From Mobula hypostoma (lineage: Eukaryota), in the NCBI RefSeq assembly GCF_963921235.1, contig NC_086114.1, positions 22,196,001-22,260,000 of the forward strand: DNA of 64,000 nt, given 5' to 3'. Positions 40,370 through 52,860 of this stretch are shown piece after piece. Positions within the stretch are counted from its first letter, which is position 1, and each line of letters begins with the position of its first letter. Position numbers and translations under genes: made by a program. The notes below the pieces were generated by a model, which saw only the letters and a list, made by a program, of their open reading frames with translations, had not been told where the DNA came from and made no database searches.

Positions 40370-41426
40370 ACGCAAACAACAGGAATTCTGCAGATGCTGG
40401 AAATTCAAGCAACATACATCAAAGTTGCTGGTGAACGCAGCAGGCCAAGCAGCATCTATAGGAAGAGGCGCAGTCGACGTTTCAGGCCGAGACCCTTCGT
40501 CAGGACTAACTGAAGGAAGAGTGAGTAAGGGATTTGAAAGCTGGAGGGGGAGGGGGAGATGCAAAATGATAGGAGAAGACAGCAGGGGGAGGGATAGAGC
40601 CGAGAGCTGGACAGGTGATAGGCAAAAGGGGATACGAGAGGATCATGGGACAGGAGGTCCGGGAAGAAAGACAAGGGGCGGGGGGGTGACCCAGAGGATG
40701 GGCAAGAGGTATATTCAGAGGGACAGAGGGAGAAAAAGGAGAGTGAGAGAAAGAATGTGTGCATAAAAATGAGTAACAGATGGGGTACGAGGGGGAGGTG
40801 GGGCCTTAGCGGAAGTTAGAGAAGTCAATGTTCATGCCATCAGGTTGGAGGCTACCGAGACGGAATATAAGGTGTTGTTCCTCCAACCTGAGTGTGGCTT
40901 CATCTTTACAGTAGAGGAGGCCGTGGATAGACATGTCAGAATGGGAATGGGATGTGGAATTAAAATGTGTGGCCACTGGGAGATCCTGCTTTCTCTGGCG
41001 GACAGAGCGTAGATGTTCAGCAAAGCGGTCTCCCAGTCTGCGTCGGGTCTCACCAATATATAAAAGGCCACATCGGGAGCACCGGACGCAGTATATCACC
41101 CCAGTCGACTCACAGGTGAAGTGATGCCTCACCTGGAAGGACTGTTTGGGGCCCTGAATGGTGGTCAGGGAGGAAGTGTAAGGGCATGTGCAGCACTTGT
41201 TCCGCTTACACGGATAAGTGCCAGGAGGGAGATCAGTGGGGAGGGATGGGGGGGGACGAATGGACAAGGGAGTTGTGTAGGGAGCGATCCCTGCGGAATG
41301 CAGAGAGAGGAGGGGAGGGAAAGATGTGCTTAGTGGTGGGATCCCGTTGGAGGTGGCGGAAGTTACGGAGAATAATATGTTGGACCCGGAGGCTGGTGGG
41401 GTGGTAGGTGAGGACCAGGGGAACCC
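40370..41426 (-). mobile_element. 5'-truncated Penelope-like retroelement (linker + GIY-YIG endonuclease + 3' pLTR region)
   Basis: ORF 40806..41267(-) has GVIYCVRCSRCGLLYIGETRRRLGDRFAEH...EQHLIFRLGSLQPDGMN and a Cys linker CKRNKCCTC. The upstream frame (RVPLVLTYHP) is joined via a frameshift in a G run. Perfect 13-bp TSD TAGATGGAGCTGA at 40357-40369 and 41427-41439, inside a CR1 3' end. Confidence 0.92.
40471..40508 (-). ncRNA. Minimal type I hammerhead ribozyme motif (dimer type) in Penelope-like pLTR
   Basis: Minus strand reads UAGUC-CUGACGA-AGG-GUCUCGG-CCU-GAAA-CGUC/GACUG. It has an intact core, 5-bp stem I, short stem II, loop-less palindromic ACGU stem III and a GUC cleavage triplet. 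Confidence 0.8.
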
Positions 41427-42239
41427 TAGATGGAGCTGAGTCTGCAGCCTGATCAGCCATCATTTTATTGAATGGCAGAGCAGATCTGATGGGCTGAATA
41501 GCCTACTCCTGCTTCTGCTTTTTTTATGTTCTAAGTAATCAGCGTTCGGCTTTTCCCACTGACTGCTAAAGCACTAACAACACAAGTTTTTCAAAGTTCA
41601 AGGGAAATTTTTAATCAAAATATGTGTATGTCACCGTATACTACTCTGAGATTTATTTTCTTGCAGGCATTCAGAGTAGAACAAAGAAATGCAATGAAAC
41701 CAATGAAAAGCTACACCCAGAGACTGACAAACAACCATTGTGCAAAAGAAGACAAATGGTGCCAATATAAAAACAAATAATAAATAAATCAATACCGTTG
41801 ATAGACAGATAAATAGATAATTCTGACAACATCAGTTGCAAAGTCCTTGAGAGCGAGTCCCTAGGTTGTGGGAATGGTTCAGTGTTGAGCTGAGCTGAGT
41901 GAAATTGCGCATGCAATCGTTTCAGGTGCCTGGATATATTATTCCTCCAGAATGGAAGAACAAAGCAACTGAAATTTCAGATAACATATCTAATGCACTT
42001 TTTTGCAGCTCTGAAATTAAGTTAATCTCTGTTCAATTTCATTTTTAAAGATGCAGTATACAAAATGTTCTAAAGAATAGAAGTTTGGTGTCAATGTGAT
42101 CCCAGAGATTAATTATCATGTGGTGTTTATTTAAAGCAATGTTAACCAGCAGGCTGCTGCACTGTGCTGTTGAGAGCCGCATGATGCAGTCGTCACTCTG
42201 AATGCACCACCTGAGAAGCAAACAGGCTCGTGAACACTG

Positions 42240-42632
42240 AAACACAAGATTCTATAGATGCTGAATATCTTGAGCAACACACACAAAATGTTGGAGGAAC
42301 ACAGAGAGTCAGACAGCATTTCAGAGCAAGACCTTTCTTCAGCCCTTTACCTCTTCCATCTATCTCCTCCCAGCTTCTTACTTCACCCCCCTTACCCCAC
42401 CTACCCACCTTCCCCCTCACCTGGTCTCATGTATCTCTTGCTAGCCTGTACTCCTCCCCTCCCTCCATCATATTCTGGCTTCTGCTCCCCTTCTTTCCAG
42501 TCTTGATGAAGGGTCTCACCCCAAAACGTCAACTGTTTATTCCCCACCATAGATGCTGCCTGACGTGCTGAGTTCCTTCAGCATCTTCTGTGTGTTGCTC
42601 TGGCTTTCCAGCATCGGCAAAATCTCTTATGC
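42240..42632. repeat. Penelope-derived repeat with inverted arms and hammerhead relic (42498-42535)
   Basis: Same pLTR-like sequence as 40370-40510, present in both orientations. Confidence 0.7.
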
Positions 42633-43104
42633 CATGAAATTTCCAGTCTGTAGAGCAAAGGTGCACAGTCATTGCAAACTAATCTCTTTGTAAGAGATGC
42701 CAAGCTCCTATAGTGGGTTTTATTTGTATTTGAACATAATGCAGTCAATCACTATGTCATCCAAGAGGCAGGATAAATGCCTCTGTTACAGACTAATGAT
42801 TGGGAAAAAAATTGGAAATGTGTTAATAGCTTCACAAAAATCCTGTGAGCTGTTTTCAAGGGGGAGGGGCAACAGGGTAAACTATTTTGAGTTCAATGTT
42901 TATTCCACCTCTGTAGATGCTGCCTGACCTGCTGAGTTCCTTCAGCATTTTGTATGTGTAGTCAGTGAACACTTATCTGAATCAATGTGAATGATGGACA
43001 ATTGGTGGTGTCACTTTTTGGATATTACACTGAGGTTTCATTTGCTTTCACAGAGAGATGTAAAATATTCCTTAGCATCATTTTAAAGAACAGGAATTTC
43101 TTCA

Positions 43105-44382
43105 ACAACGTGCACAAAATGTTGAAGGAACTCAGCAGATCAGGCAGCATCTATGGAAATGAAGAAACAGTCAACGTTTTGGGCCGAAACTCTTCTTCAG
43201 GACTGGAAAGGAAGGAGGAAGATGCCAGAATAACAGGTGGGGAGGGGGGGAGGAGAAGGAGGAAAGCCAGAAAGTGATGGGTGAAGCTAGGTAGGTGGGG
43301 AAGGTAAAGTGCAGGAGAAGAAGGAATCTGATAGGAGAGCAGAGTGGACCATACGAGAAAGGGAAGAAGGAGGGACACCAGGGAAGGGGATAGGCAGGTG
43401 AGAAATGGTAAGAGGCCACAGTGAGGAAAGGAAGAAGAGGGAAAGGGCAGGGGAAAAAATTACTGGCAGGAAAAACCAATGCTCCTGCCGTCAGGTTGGA
43501 GGCTACCCAGATGGAATATGAGGTGTTACTCCTCCACCCTCATTGTGGTGAAAGAGGAGGCCATGGATTGACAGGTTGGAATGGGAATGGGTATAGGAAT
43601 TAAAATTATTGGCCACCAGGACATTATGCTTTTGGCAAAGCAGTCCCAGGAAGGAGATTAGTGGGGAGGGACGAATCAAGGGAAATCACAGAGGCGGCAA
43701 TCCATGGGGGTAAGGTAAAGATGCGCTTGATGGTAGAATCCCATTGAAGATGGTGGAAGTTGCACAGAATGATGTGTTGCATGCTCATTGGTTGGTAGGT
43801 GAAGACAAGAAGAACATTATCTCTGTTAAGGTGGTGGGGTGGGATGTCCTGGAAATGGAGGAGATGTGGGTGAAGACAGCATCAATGGTGGAGGAAGGGA
43901 AATACCCTTCTCTGAAGAAAGAAGCCATCTCTGACGTCCTGGAAATGGAGGAGATGTGGGTGAGGACAGCATCAATGGTGGAGGAAGGGAAACACCCTTC
44001 TCTGAAGAAAGAAGCTATCTCTGACGTCCTGGAAAGGAAAGCCTCATCCTGGGAACAGATGCGGCAGAGACAAAGAAAATAAGAAAAGGGAATAGCATTT
44101 TTACATAAGAGGGTGGGAAGAGGTATAATCAAGATAATCATGGGAACCGATAGGTTTATGAAAGATGTCAGTAAGCAGTTTGGCTTCAGAGATGGTGACG
44201 GAGAGATCCAGGTAGGAGAGGAAGGTAAGAGACATGGACCAAGTGAATTTAAGGGCAGGGTGAAAGTCGGAAATTCTTCCTGGTATTCTAACTAGCTGCC
44301 TGGCCCGCTGCGTTCACCAACAACTTTTATGTGTGTTGCTTGAAATTCCAGCATCTGCAGATTTCCTCATGTTTGCGTTTTT
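43105..44382 (-). mobile_element. Older Penelope-like element (RT thumb to GIY-YIG remnant) with inverted pLTR piece at its 5' side and a 90-bp tandem duplication
   Basis: NAIPFSYFLCLCRICSQDEAFLSRTSEIASFFREG; hammerhead relic 43168-43205; inverted pLTR piece ~44295-44380. Confidence 0.8.
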
Positions 44383-45504
44383 AAATTCCACTTTGGCATT
44401 GTTCATGAATTTTCTCTTATTGTAACTTACAGCGATTTTATGTCATGCCTTGAACTGTACTGCTGCCGGAAACCAATTTCACGACATATTCCGGTGATAA
44501 TAAAACTGATTCTGATCACCAACGCTCATTTCCTGGTGATTATAGTTGCTGGAACCTGACTTTATTAGTTGCTGTATCTTCTATATTACACTCATGTCTA
44601 CATTTCAGTAAAGCGTGTTGGGACATCGTGAAAACCGCTAGAAAAATCTTCTATGAATTTGGTGCATTAAGCGTTTAAATTAACCAGCACTAGGACCTCG
44701 CAGACTACTTTTCTTTACACGTACACTCGGGTTTGCTTCGTACGTGACCTGAGTGTCCTTCACCGAGTCTGCTGAAAACCTGCCCCCAGGCGCTGTTTAT
44801 CTTTTGGCTGGGGCAGGGGGAACATCACCTTTGAATTTATGCAATGCCGCCTGTCAGGGACAAAGGGAGCAATTCAAATATTGCCCAGCTGATAAATAAT
44901 CCAGTGCCTTTCAGAAACAATAGTGAATATGAGTGGTGGGTGTGAAGGATAGCAAAAGCTTCGACTTGGAAGGGGGAGAAGCGGAGAGTGCTGCTTTACC
45001 ACTATTCGACTGAGCACCGATCTCAGCAACGTGTCTTGTAATAATAAAACTCGGAATTCAGATTTAATTCCTCTTAAAGTTCGGCTGCTCGGGCCGCGAT
45101 GCAAGAAATCTCATCTCTCCATGGCACGCGCTTTCTCTGCAACACAGTTTCTCGAACTCATTGACCTCCTATAAATCCAGCCTCTCAGCCTTCCCGCGCC
45201 TCAACGACCCATTTGTGGTGATCGAGCCTTCACACTCCCGAAACCTGGAACGGGCTCGCTCCCACTTAACCCCGGTATCTCAGCCGTCAAATGCTTTTTA
45301 AACCCCACTCCTCTATTGACATTTGAATGTGTGTTTTATTTATGTGTGATACAAAAAGAGAGGTAGTGTCCATGAGTACATGAACTGTTCAGAAATCTGA
45401 TGGTGAATGTATTTATATGTATTTATTTATGTCTATTTATGACTATTTATATTTGCATTTGCACAGTTTGTTATCTTCCGCACCCCAGTTGATGTTTCAT
45501 TGAT

Positions 45505-46412
45505 CAAATCAGATCAGCTTTAATTATCATTCAGACCATACATAGAGACAGTTGAACAAGACTGAACAAGACAGTGTTCCTCTGGGGCCAAGGTGCATAA
45601 CATACATTCAAAATAGTGAGGGAGAGAGAGGGAGGGAGGGAGGGAGGGAGAGAGAGAGAGAGAGCATAAAAGAAAGAAAGAAAGAACACACATTGTTATA
45701 CACATGTATAGTCCAAGACCCTGAGTGACATGCAAACTGATGGCTCAGCTTCCAGCAATCCAGCCTGTGATTCCAGCAATCAAACACTAGAGGGCAGCAC
45801 CAACGAGAGAGGCCAGCCTCCAAATGAGCATGTACGCCACGCTACACCGCCTCCAGTGTCTCCTCTCCTGGACTGCAGCAGCACCCAAACTCCTCGCTAC
45901 AATTGAGGCCACGCTGCTGCCTCGTCATCTATCTCTCCACCAAACCAGGAAAACAAACCTATGGCATCTTTCATTATCAATGCCCAACAGGGTCTTACGA
46001 TCACAAGAGAAACATGCCAGACAATCCTTCATGGTTACACTGCACGCTGCTTTTGTGTACCAACTCCAATATCTTTGAGTAGCAGGCAGCATTATGGTCT
46101 GCACCCAGGTCAGCCCTTCTGTACCTTCTCCAGCCTGTCCTCCATCTTCTCTTTCTTCAACCTGTCCACCGGCTTCTCCTCTTCCAACCTGACCACTGGC
46201 TTCTCCTTCTCAACCCGCCCGCCAGCTCCTTTGACACCCTGGCCAGCTGCTCCAGACAGACCACTGATGCAGTAGACCTGCTGTACTCGTAGTCTTGGAG
46301 TTCAGAATAGTCTTAAGATAATAAAAACACATTTTAAAAAGAGAAAATGTACCTTTGGTTGGCTCCCAAGAGGCTGCTGCTTTCAAACACGTCGCCATCT
46401 TCCCGGAAGTCC
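45505..46412 (-). mobile_element. Non-autonomous retroposon with ETS/YY1 5' end, inserted in a Rex tail
   Basis: Minus-strand start gacttccgggAAGATGGCGAC; tail tgaatgataattaaa; host tail split at ttcattgatc|cctgtcatag. A related tail occurs at ~48900-49000. Confidence 0.55.
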
Positions 46413-47306
46413 TGTCATAGTTAATATTCTATCGATTTGCTGAGTATGCCCACAAAAAATTAATCTCAGGGTTGTATATGGTGACAAATATGTACTTCGA
46501 AAATAAAATTTACTTTGGACTTTGAAGCTGTTCTTAAAAAACTGAGTGTGGGTCTTCATGTACCTCCTCCCCGATGGTAGCAATGAGAAGAGGACAGGTT
46601 CCAGGTGGTGTGGATCCTCTAAGTGCTCTGATTTCCATCATATCGTGAAGATCTGGGGGTTGTTAGGTTAATTCACCACTATTAATTGCCCCTTGTGTGT
46701 CGGTCAGATAGAATGGTGGGAGGTGGGGGGGAAGTTGATGAGAATGTGACAAGAATAAAAAATTGGGATTAATGTAGAATTTGAGTAATTGGATAGCTAA
46801 AGGTCTGTAGACCTTATGCTGAATGTCTGGAAGATAAAGATATCAACTAACCTACCCCAATGCACAAGCACAACCAGTAATCAGGATCTACAGCAGAATA
46901 CCGCAAAGTATCAGTAACTTTCCATATTTCCGGGGACACGATGATGTCAGATATTGATGATGAAGTCTGTCACTATCTCCATTGCTCTAGTGTAGTCTGA
47001 TGAAAAGTGTGCTCAAAGATTAACCCTCAAATTTACCACCAATCTCATGGTCTACAGCGATCCCAGCTCTCCACCTTGCTGGGAGCCATGAACAATCTTC
47101 ATAGACATGTCATCTAAAAACCTTGACAAACTTCTACAGATGCACAGTGGAGAGTATCCTGGCAGGTGGCTGGTATGGAAACACCAATGCCCCGGAATGG
47201 AAAAGCCTTCATAAGGTGGTGGGTATAGCCCAGTCCATCAGAGTCAAAGCACCCTCCCCAAACCACCCCCCCATACACACACACACACACACACACATAT
47301 GAGCAC

Positions 47307-47766
47307 ATGGGGCAGCAGGCTGAGGGTAGCAGACACCAACAGAATCAACAAACTCATTCGTAAGGCCAGTGATGTTGTGGGGATAGAACTGGACTCTCTG
47401 ACGGTGGTGTCTAAAAAGAGGATGCTGTCCAAGTTGCATGCCATCTTGGACAATGTCTCCCATCCACTACATAATGTACTGGGTGGGCACAGGAGTACAT
47501 TCAGCCAGAGACTCATTCCTCCGAGATGCAGCACTGAGCGTCATAGGAAGTCATTCCTGCCTGTGGCCATCAAACTTTACAACTCCTCCCTTGGAGGGTC
47601 AGACACCCTGAGCCAATAGGCTGGTCCTGGACTTATTTCCTGGCATAATTTACATATTACTATTTAACTATTTATGGTTTTATTACTATTTAATTATTTA
47701 TGGTGCAACTGTAACAAAGACCAATTTCCCCCGGGATTAATAAAGTATGACTATGACTATGACTAT
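47307..47766 (+). mobile_element. Young Rex1-type LINE 3' end nested in a Babar-type fragment (47100-48275)
   Basis: Open frame ...SHPLHNVL...RLIPPRCSTERHRKSFLPVAIKLYNSS; aataaa followed by an (atgact)n tail. Confidence 0.85.
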
Positions 47767-48080
47767 AAGAAAGCAGATTCCATCATCAAGGACCCCCACC
47801 ATCCAAGCTCTCTTCTCATAACTACCATTGGCTAGGAGGTGCAGGAGCCTTAGATCCCTCAGCAATGGGATGAAAGACAATCATTACCCTTCAACCATCA
47901 GGGTGCTAAACCAGTGTGGGTAATTTCACTCATCTTAACTGTGAACTGATTCCACATCCGTGCACTCACTTTCAAAGACTCAACTCATGCTCTACATTAT
48001 TTACTTATTTATATATCATTTTTTAAAATTGTATTTGCACAGAATGTCTTCTTTTGCACATTGGCTGCTTGTCAGTCTTT

Positions 48081-48134
48081 GTGTGTATGTGTGTGTGTGC
48101 GCGCGTCTGTGCATGTATGTGTGTGCGTGCGCAT

Positions 48135-48170
<36 letters not shown>
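48081..48170. repeat. Alternating purine-pyrimidine (TG/CG) tract
   Basis: Direct reading. Confidence 0.9.
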
Positions 48171-50146
48171 AGTTTTTCATTACTTCTGTTGTATCTCTTT
48201 GTTCAGCTGTAAATACCCGCAAAAAAATGAATATCACGGTGACATATATGTACTTTGATAATAAATTTATTTTGACTCTGACAAAGAACTGGACAAATAC
48301 GGCCAACAATATCACTGCAAGATTATCAATAACCATTGAAAGAGTAGGTGATCAGATACAATGTCCTCTCTCAGGCCAGCATCCAGCCAGTCATTTTACT
48401 TAATGAGTATATTTGGTATGGATCATGCTGCTGCCTGCATCACAGAGGTGTCAATGCACAAAGGCAGTGTGCAGTTTAACAGTGAGTGATCATCTTAGTT
48501 GCCTTTCTTGTGATTGCAAGGCCCTGTTGGACATTGTTAATGTGGTATGCTGCAAATCCAGTTCGCTGCTTTATTGGCAAATGGCAGAGGATCTGCGTGG
48601 CCTCGGTCGTAGCGAGCACTGGGCCTCAAACCACAGTGTCGCCTGTTTGCAGCCACCCAGGGGAGAGGCATCAGAGTCAGTATGTTCCACTGGAGTGCCG
48701 GAGGTGGTGTGGTGCAGCGTCCATGTGGAGCCGATGCTGCCCTCCAGTATTTACTCAGCGGAAGACAAGATGTATTGTATTCAACTGCAGACTGCTGCAA
48801 CATTCATGGACTCAGGGACTTGGACTATATAGTTTTTGTGTGACTGTATTTTACTGCTGTCTTATATGTGCTAAGTCTACGTTGAGTTGTAAATGACTAT
48901 TGGCACTGTGTTTTGCACCTCAGCCCCAGAGTAATGCAGTTTTGATTGGCTGTATTCATGGATATTCTTGTATGGCTGAATGACAATTAAACTTGAACTT
49001 CATTGTCTCCAGTGGCAGGCCACACCATTTACCTGACAATGGACACCAGAAGTAGGCACTCTACTCCAAGGTCCTGCACAGCAAGAGATTATCAGGCAGA
49101 TGTAAGAAAAGGTTCAAGGATTTCATAAGAATTTCAGAATTTCAAAAGAAATTAATCTCAGAGTAGAATATGGTGATATATATGTACTTTGATAATAAAT
49201 TTACTTTGAACTTTGAAAATTCAGAGTTTCAAGCTTGACACACAGAGACAGCAGATGCTGGAATCTGGAGCAACAGTCAACCTGCTGGAGGAACATTCAA
49301 GACAACACCGAGGACCTTCAGTTCCTTTATTAGAAGATCACAGAAGAACAGCCCAAGTGGTAGAAGGAGTACGCTACATCCCATACCACCTGTTAATTGA
49401 GGTTGAGCTTATTGTCATGTGCACAAACATGGTGAGGTACAGGTACAATGAAAAACTTATTTGCACAGCATCGCAGGCCTGTAGGCAGAGACACCACACA
49501 GAACTTAAGTTTTACTAGCTTCTGTCCCAATTGTAACAGAGTCTGCAGGTTTCTCAATGGTCTTACCAGGCAGTGCAGAACCCAAGAACTGTAGTGACGC
49601 TGAAGGACTGCCTATAAAGGAGAGATAGGAAGATGTGCTTGACCTGACGATGCAACTACCTGCAAGATAATGAAGTCTCACTCCACTTCTCTCAGTAACC
49701 GGCTTCAGACAGACTTGTCAGTGGAATATACTATAATTAGATAAATCTTGAACGCAGTACTTTTGGAATCAACCACTTCCCCTCTGATTCAGAAGGTTTC
49801 ACAATCCATTCCAAAGAAATGAATGAATAAACTGGACTGGAATATTGATTGAGTGTTGTAATGTCAGAGATGCCAGTCAAGAAGGTACTAAAACTTTTAG
49901 TGGCTGTAGACAATTCCACAGAAGAACAGAAGAGTGAGGAATTCACCTACGGAAATCCCCACACTTTGGATGTCTTTCATACCCTATGGCCTTGATCAAC
50001 ACAGTCATTTGGGGATGCTGAAGATTAAAATACTGCAGGGTATTTTATATTACGAACTGACTACACTTAGAAAAATATTAAAGATTCAAGTTTATTTATC
50101 ACATCTTTATTTGTCAGTTATTAACCTTCAACCATCAGGCTCTTAT

Positions 50147-50730
50147 CACCATATAACCATATAACAATTACAGCACGGAAACAGGCCATCTCGGCCCTTC
50201 TAGTCCGTGCCGAACTCTTACTCTCACCTAGTCCCACTGACCTGCACTCAGCCCATAACCCTCTATTCCTTTCCTGTCCATATATCTATCCAATTTAACC
50301 TTAAACGATATTAAACCTTCCTCAACCACATCTGCTGGAAGCTCATTCCACACAGCTACCACTCTCTGAGTAAAGAAGTTCCCCCTCATGTTACCCCTAA
50401 ACTTTTGTCCTTTAACTCTCAACTCATGTCCTCTTGTTTGAATCTTCCCCACTCTCAATGGAAAAAGCCTATCCACGTCAACTCTATCTATCCTCCTCAT
50501 AATTTTAAACACCTCTATCAAGTCCCCCCTCAACCTTCTACGCTCCAAAGAATAAAGAGCTAACTTGTTCAACCTTTCTCTGTAACTTAGGAGATGAAAC
50601 CCAGGCAACATTTTAGTAAACCTCCTCTGTACTCTCTCAATTTTATTGACATCTTTCCTATAATTCGGTGACCAGAACTGTACACAATACTCCAAATTTG
50701 GCCTTACTAATGCCTTATACAATTTCAACT
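50147..50730 (-). mobile_element. Young CR1 3' fragment
   Basis: ORF 50228..50761(-) is uninterrupted: LYKALVRPNLEYCVQFWSP...FFTQRVVAVWNELP; tail (atataacc)n. Confidence 0.9.
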
Positions 50731-51629
50731 GAGTTCTGGAGACAAGAGGCACTATTACCACTGCCCCAGTTTCTTTATATAGAAGAAGCTCTTTTCAGCT
50801 CATCTGCGTCAGCGTGCAGAGCAGCTCCATTCCCCACTAATTTTTCCATCACAGGCGAAGCCCTCCCCACCACTGAGGACATCTTCAAAAGACGGTGCAT
50901 CAAGAAGGTGACATCCAACCCCAGCCGGGACATGCCTTGTTCCCATTACTGTCACTGGGGAGGAGGTACAGGAACCTGAAGACTCACACTCAACAATGCA
51001 GAAACAGCTTCTTCCCCTTTCACCATCAGATTTCTGAATAGTCTATGAACACTACCAGTGTCTCAATAAGTCTCTTCACTGACGATCCCAGAGAAAAAAG
51101 CAGAAGCCACTTATCACTTCCCATAGCCACCCACCGGCCCTATCAAGACCTCCTGCCTACTTTGGCTTTATTAGACACCTCAGAGCCACCAGAACTGGAG
51201 TGGGAGCAAATCACCCTCATCCTTGGAAGAACAGAATAATTTGTTAAAATAGACATATAGTCCAAAAAATTTTTAATATTGTAGAATTATTAAGATCTAC
51301 TCTCAATGCTTAATAATAATTAAAGAACCCCACACAAAAAATGAAGTCCCATGCCTCATATCAAACTTCTTACTATTTGCTTTAAAAGCACTTTCTGAAA
51401 ATGTTTCAAACCAAGGCCTTTTTGCTTTTTTGGCTGAAATTGTTTATCTTGTGTGACTGTGAGCTGCAGATAATGCATTTGTAAGTACCCAGATACCTTC
51501 TAGTTATAATGTGAACAATAAAATCTCTTTGCTGGTGTCAAGAAATCTAGTTTGCAGAGTCACAGAGACAAATAGGCCCTTCGTCCCACCATCGCCATCA
51601 TCATCCTAGAGGTACCATCAGCATATTGG

Positions 51630-52860
51630 AGGGAGATTGAAAATCCGTCGAATGGTGCCTCGACAACATCTCTCACTCAACATCAGCAAAACCAAAGAGC
51701 TGATTATTGACTACAGGAGGAAGAAAGCAGAGGCCAATGAGCCGGTCCTCCTTAGGCAACTGGAGGTGAAGAGGGTCAGTAACTTTAAATCCCTCTGCAT
51801 TATTATATCAGAGGATCCATCCTGGGACTGGAGGGTAAGTATCGTTACAAAGGAGTCATGGCAGCACCTCTACTTTCTTAGAAGTTTGTGCAGATTCCGC
51901 ATGTCATCTAAGACTTTGACAGACTTCTGTAGATGCACAAAAGATGTCTGTACTTTGGTAATAAATTTCCTTTGAATTTTGATGTCCATGCCAACACGCT
52001 TCCCATCTGCACTAAATCCATTTGTCTGCATTAGGTCTATATCCTTCCATGCCTTGCCTATTTAAGTGTCTGTCTAAATGTCTCTAAAACATAGTGGTTA
52101 TATCTGACTCCAGTACCTCCTGTGGCAGCGAGTCCCAGCTATCAACCACTCCTTGTGTCAAAGCATTCCCCTCAAATCTCCTTTAAAACACCTTCCTCTC
52201 TCTTTAAACTTTGGCCTTTTTGCTTTTGATACCCTGCCACAGGAAAATGAATAAACTCAAGAAGCAGCCAGGTGGCCAGGCATCTTAGTTCCACTTCCCA
52301 GTCCCACACCAAGATGTCTGTCTACAGCTTCTTCTACCGCCAAGTTGAGGCTAGGTGCAGGTTAGAGGAACAGCACCTCATATTCCACCTTAGCAGTCTC
52401 CAGTCCGATGGCATGAACATCAATATCTCCAACTTCAGATAACCACTCCCCTCTATTCTCCTTTTTATCCCTTATTCCATGAGTCCAGTCACTCCTTCTC
52501 TTTCCCCATCCCTACCCTTTCAATCTGCCCCACCCATACATTCCCCCCTTACCCCCTCCCCTTTACTCCATAGCCCACCGTCCTCTCCTACCAGAATCCA
52601 TCATCTTCAGCCGTTTGTCACTTCCACCTGTCACCTCCCAGCTTCTTATATCATTCCCACTCTCCCCTTCCCTCACCTGCCTGTCATCCCTTTCACCTGG
52701 ATTCATCTATCACCTGCCAGCTCTTGCTCAACCCCCCCCCCACATCTTCTTATACTGGTTATCTCCCCTTTTTACGGTCATAACTCATAACCCCAAAAGT
52801 CAACTCTCCATTTCTTTCCCTAGATGCTGCCCGACCTGCCAAGTTCCTTCAGTATGTTTA
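51630..52860. mobile_element. Rex fragment (+), CR1 fragment (-) and Penelope GIY-YIG C-terminal remnant (+, ~52270-52860)
   Basis: LSLNISKTKELIIDYRR; LEEQHLIFHLSSLQSDGMNI readable at ~52363-52440. Confidence 0.7.

Larger units (their letters stand above)
39745..41535 (+). mobile_element. CR1 3' fragment hosting a Rex tail (~39950-40148) and the Penelope-like insertion
   Basis: CR1 sequence is continuous across both inserts. Confidence 0.8.
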
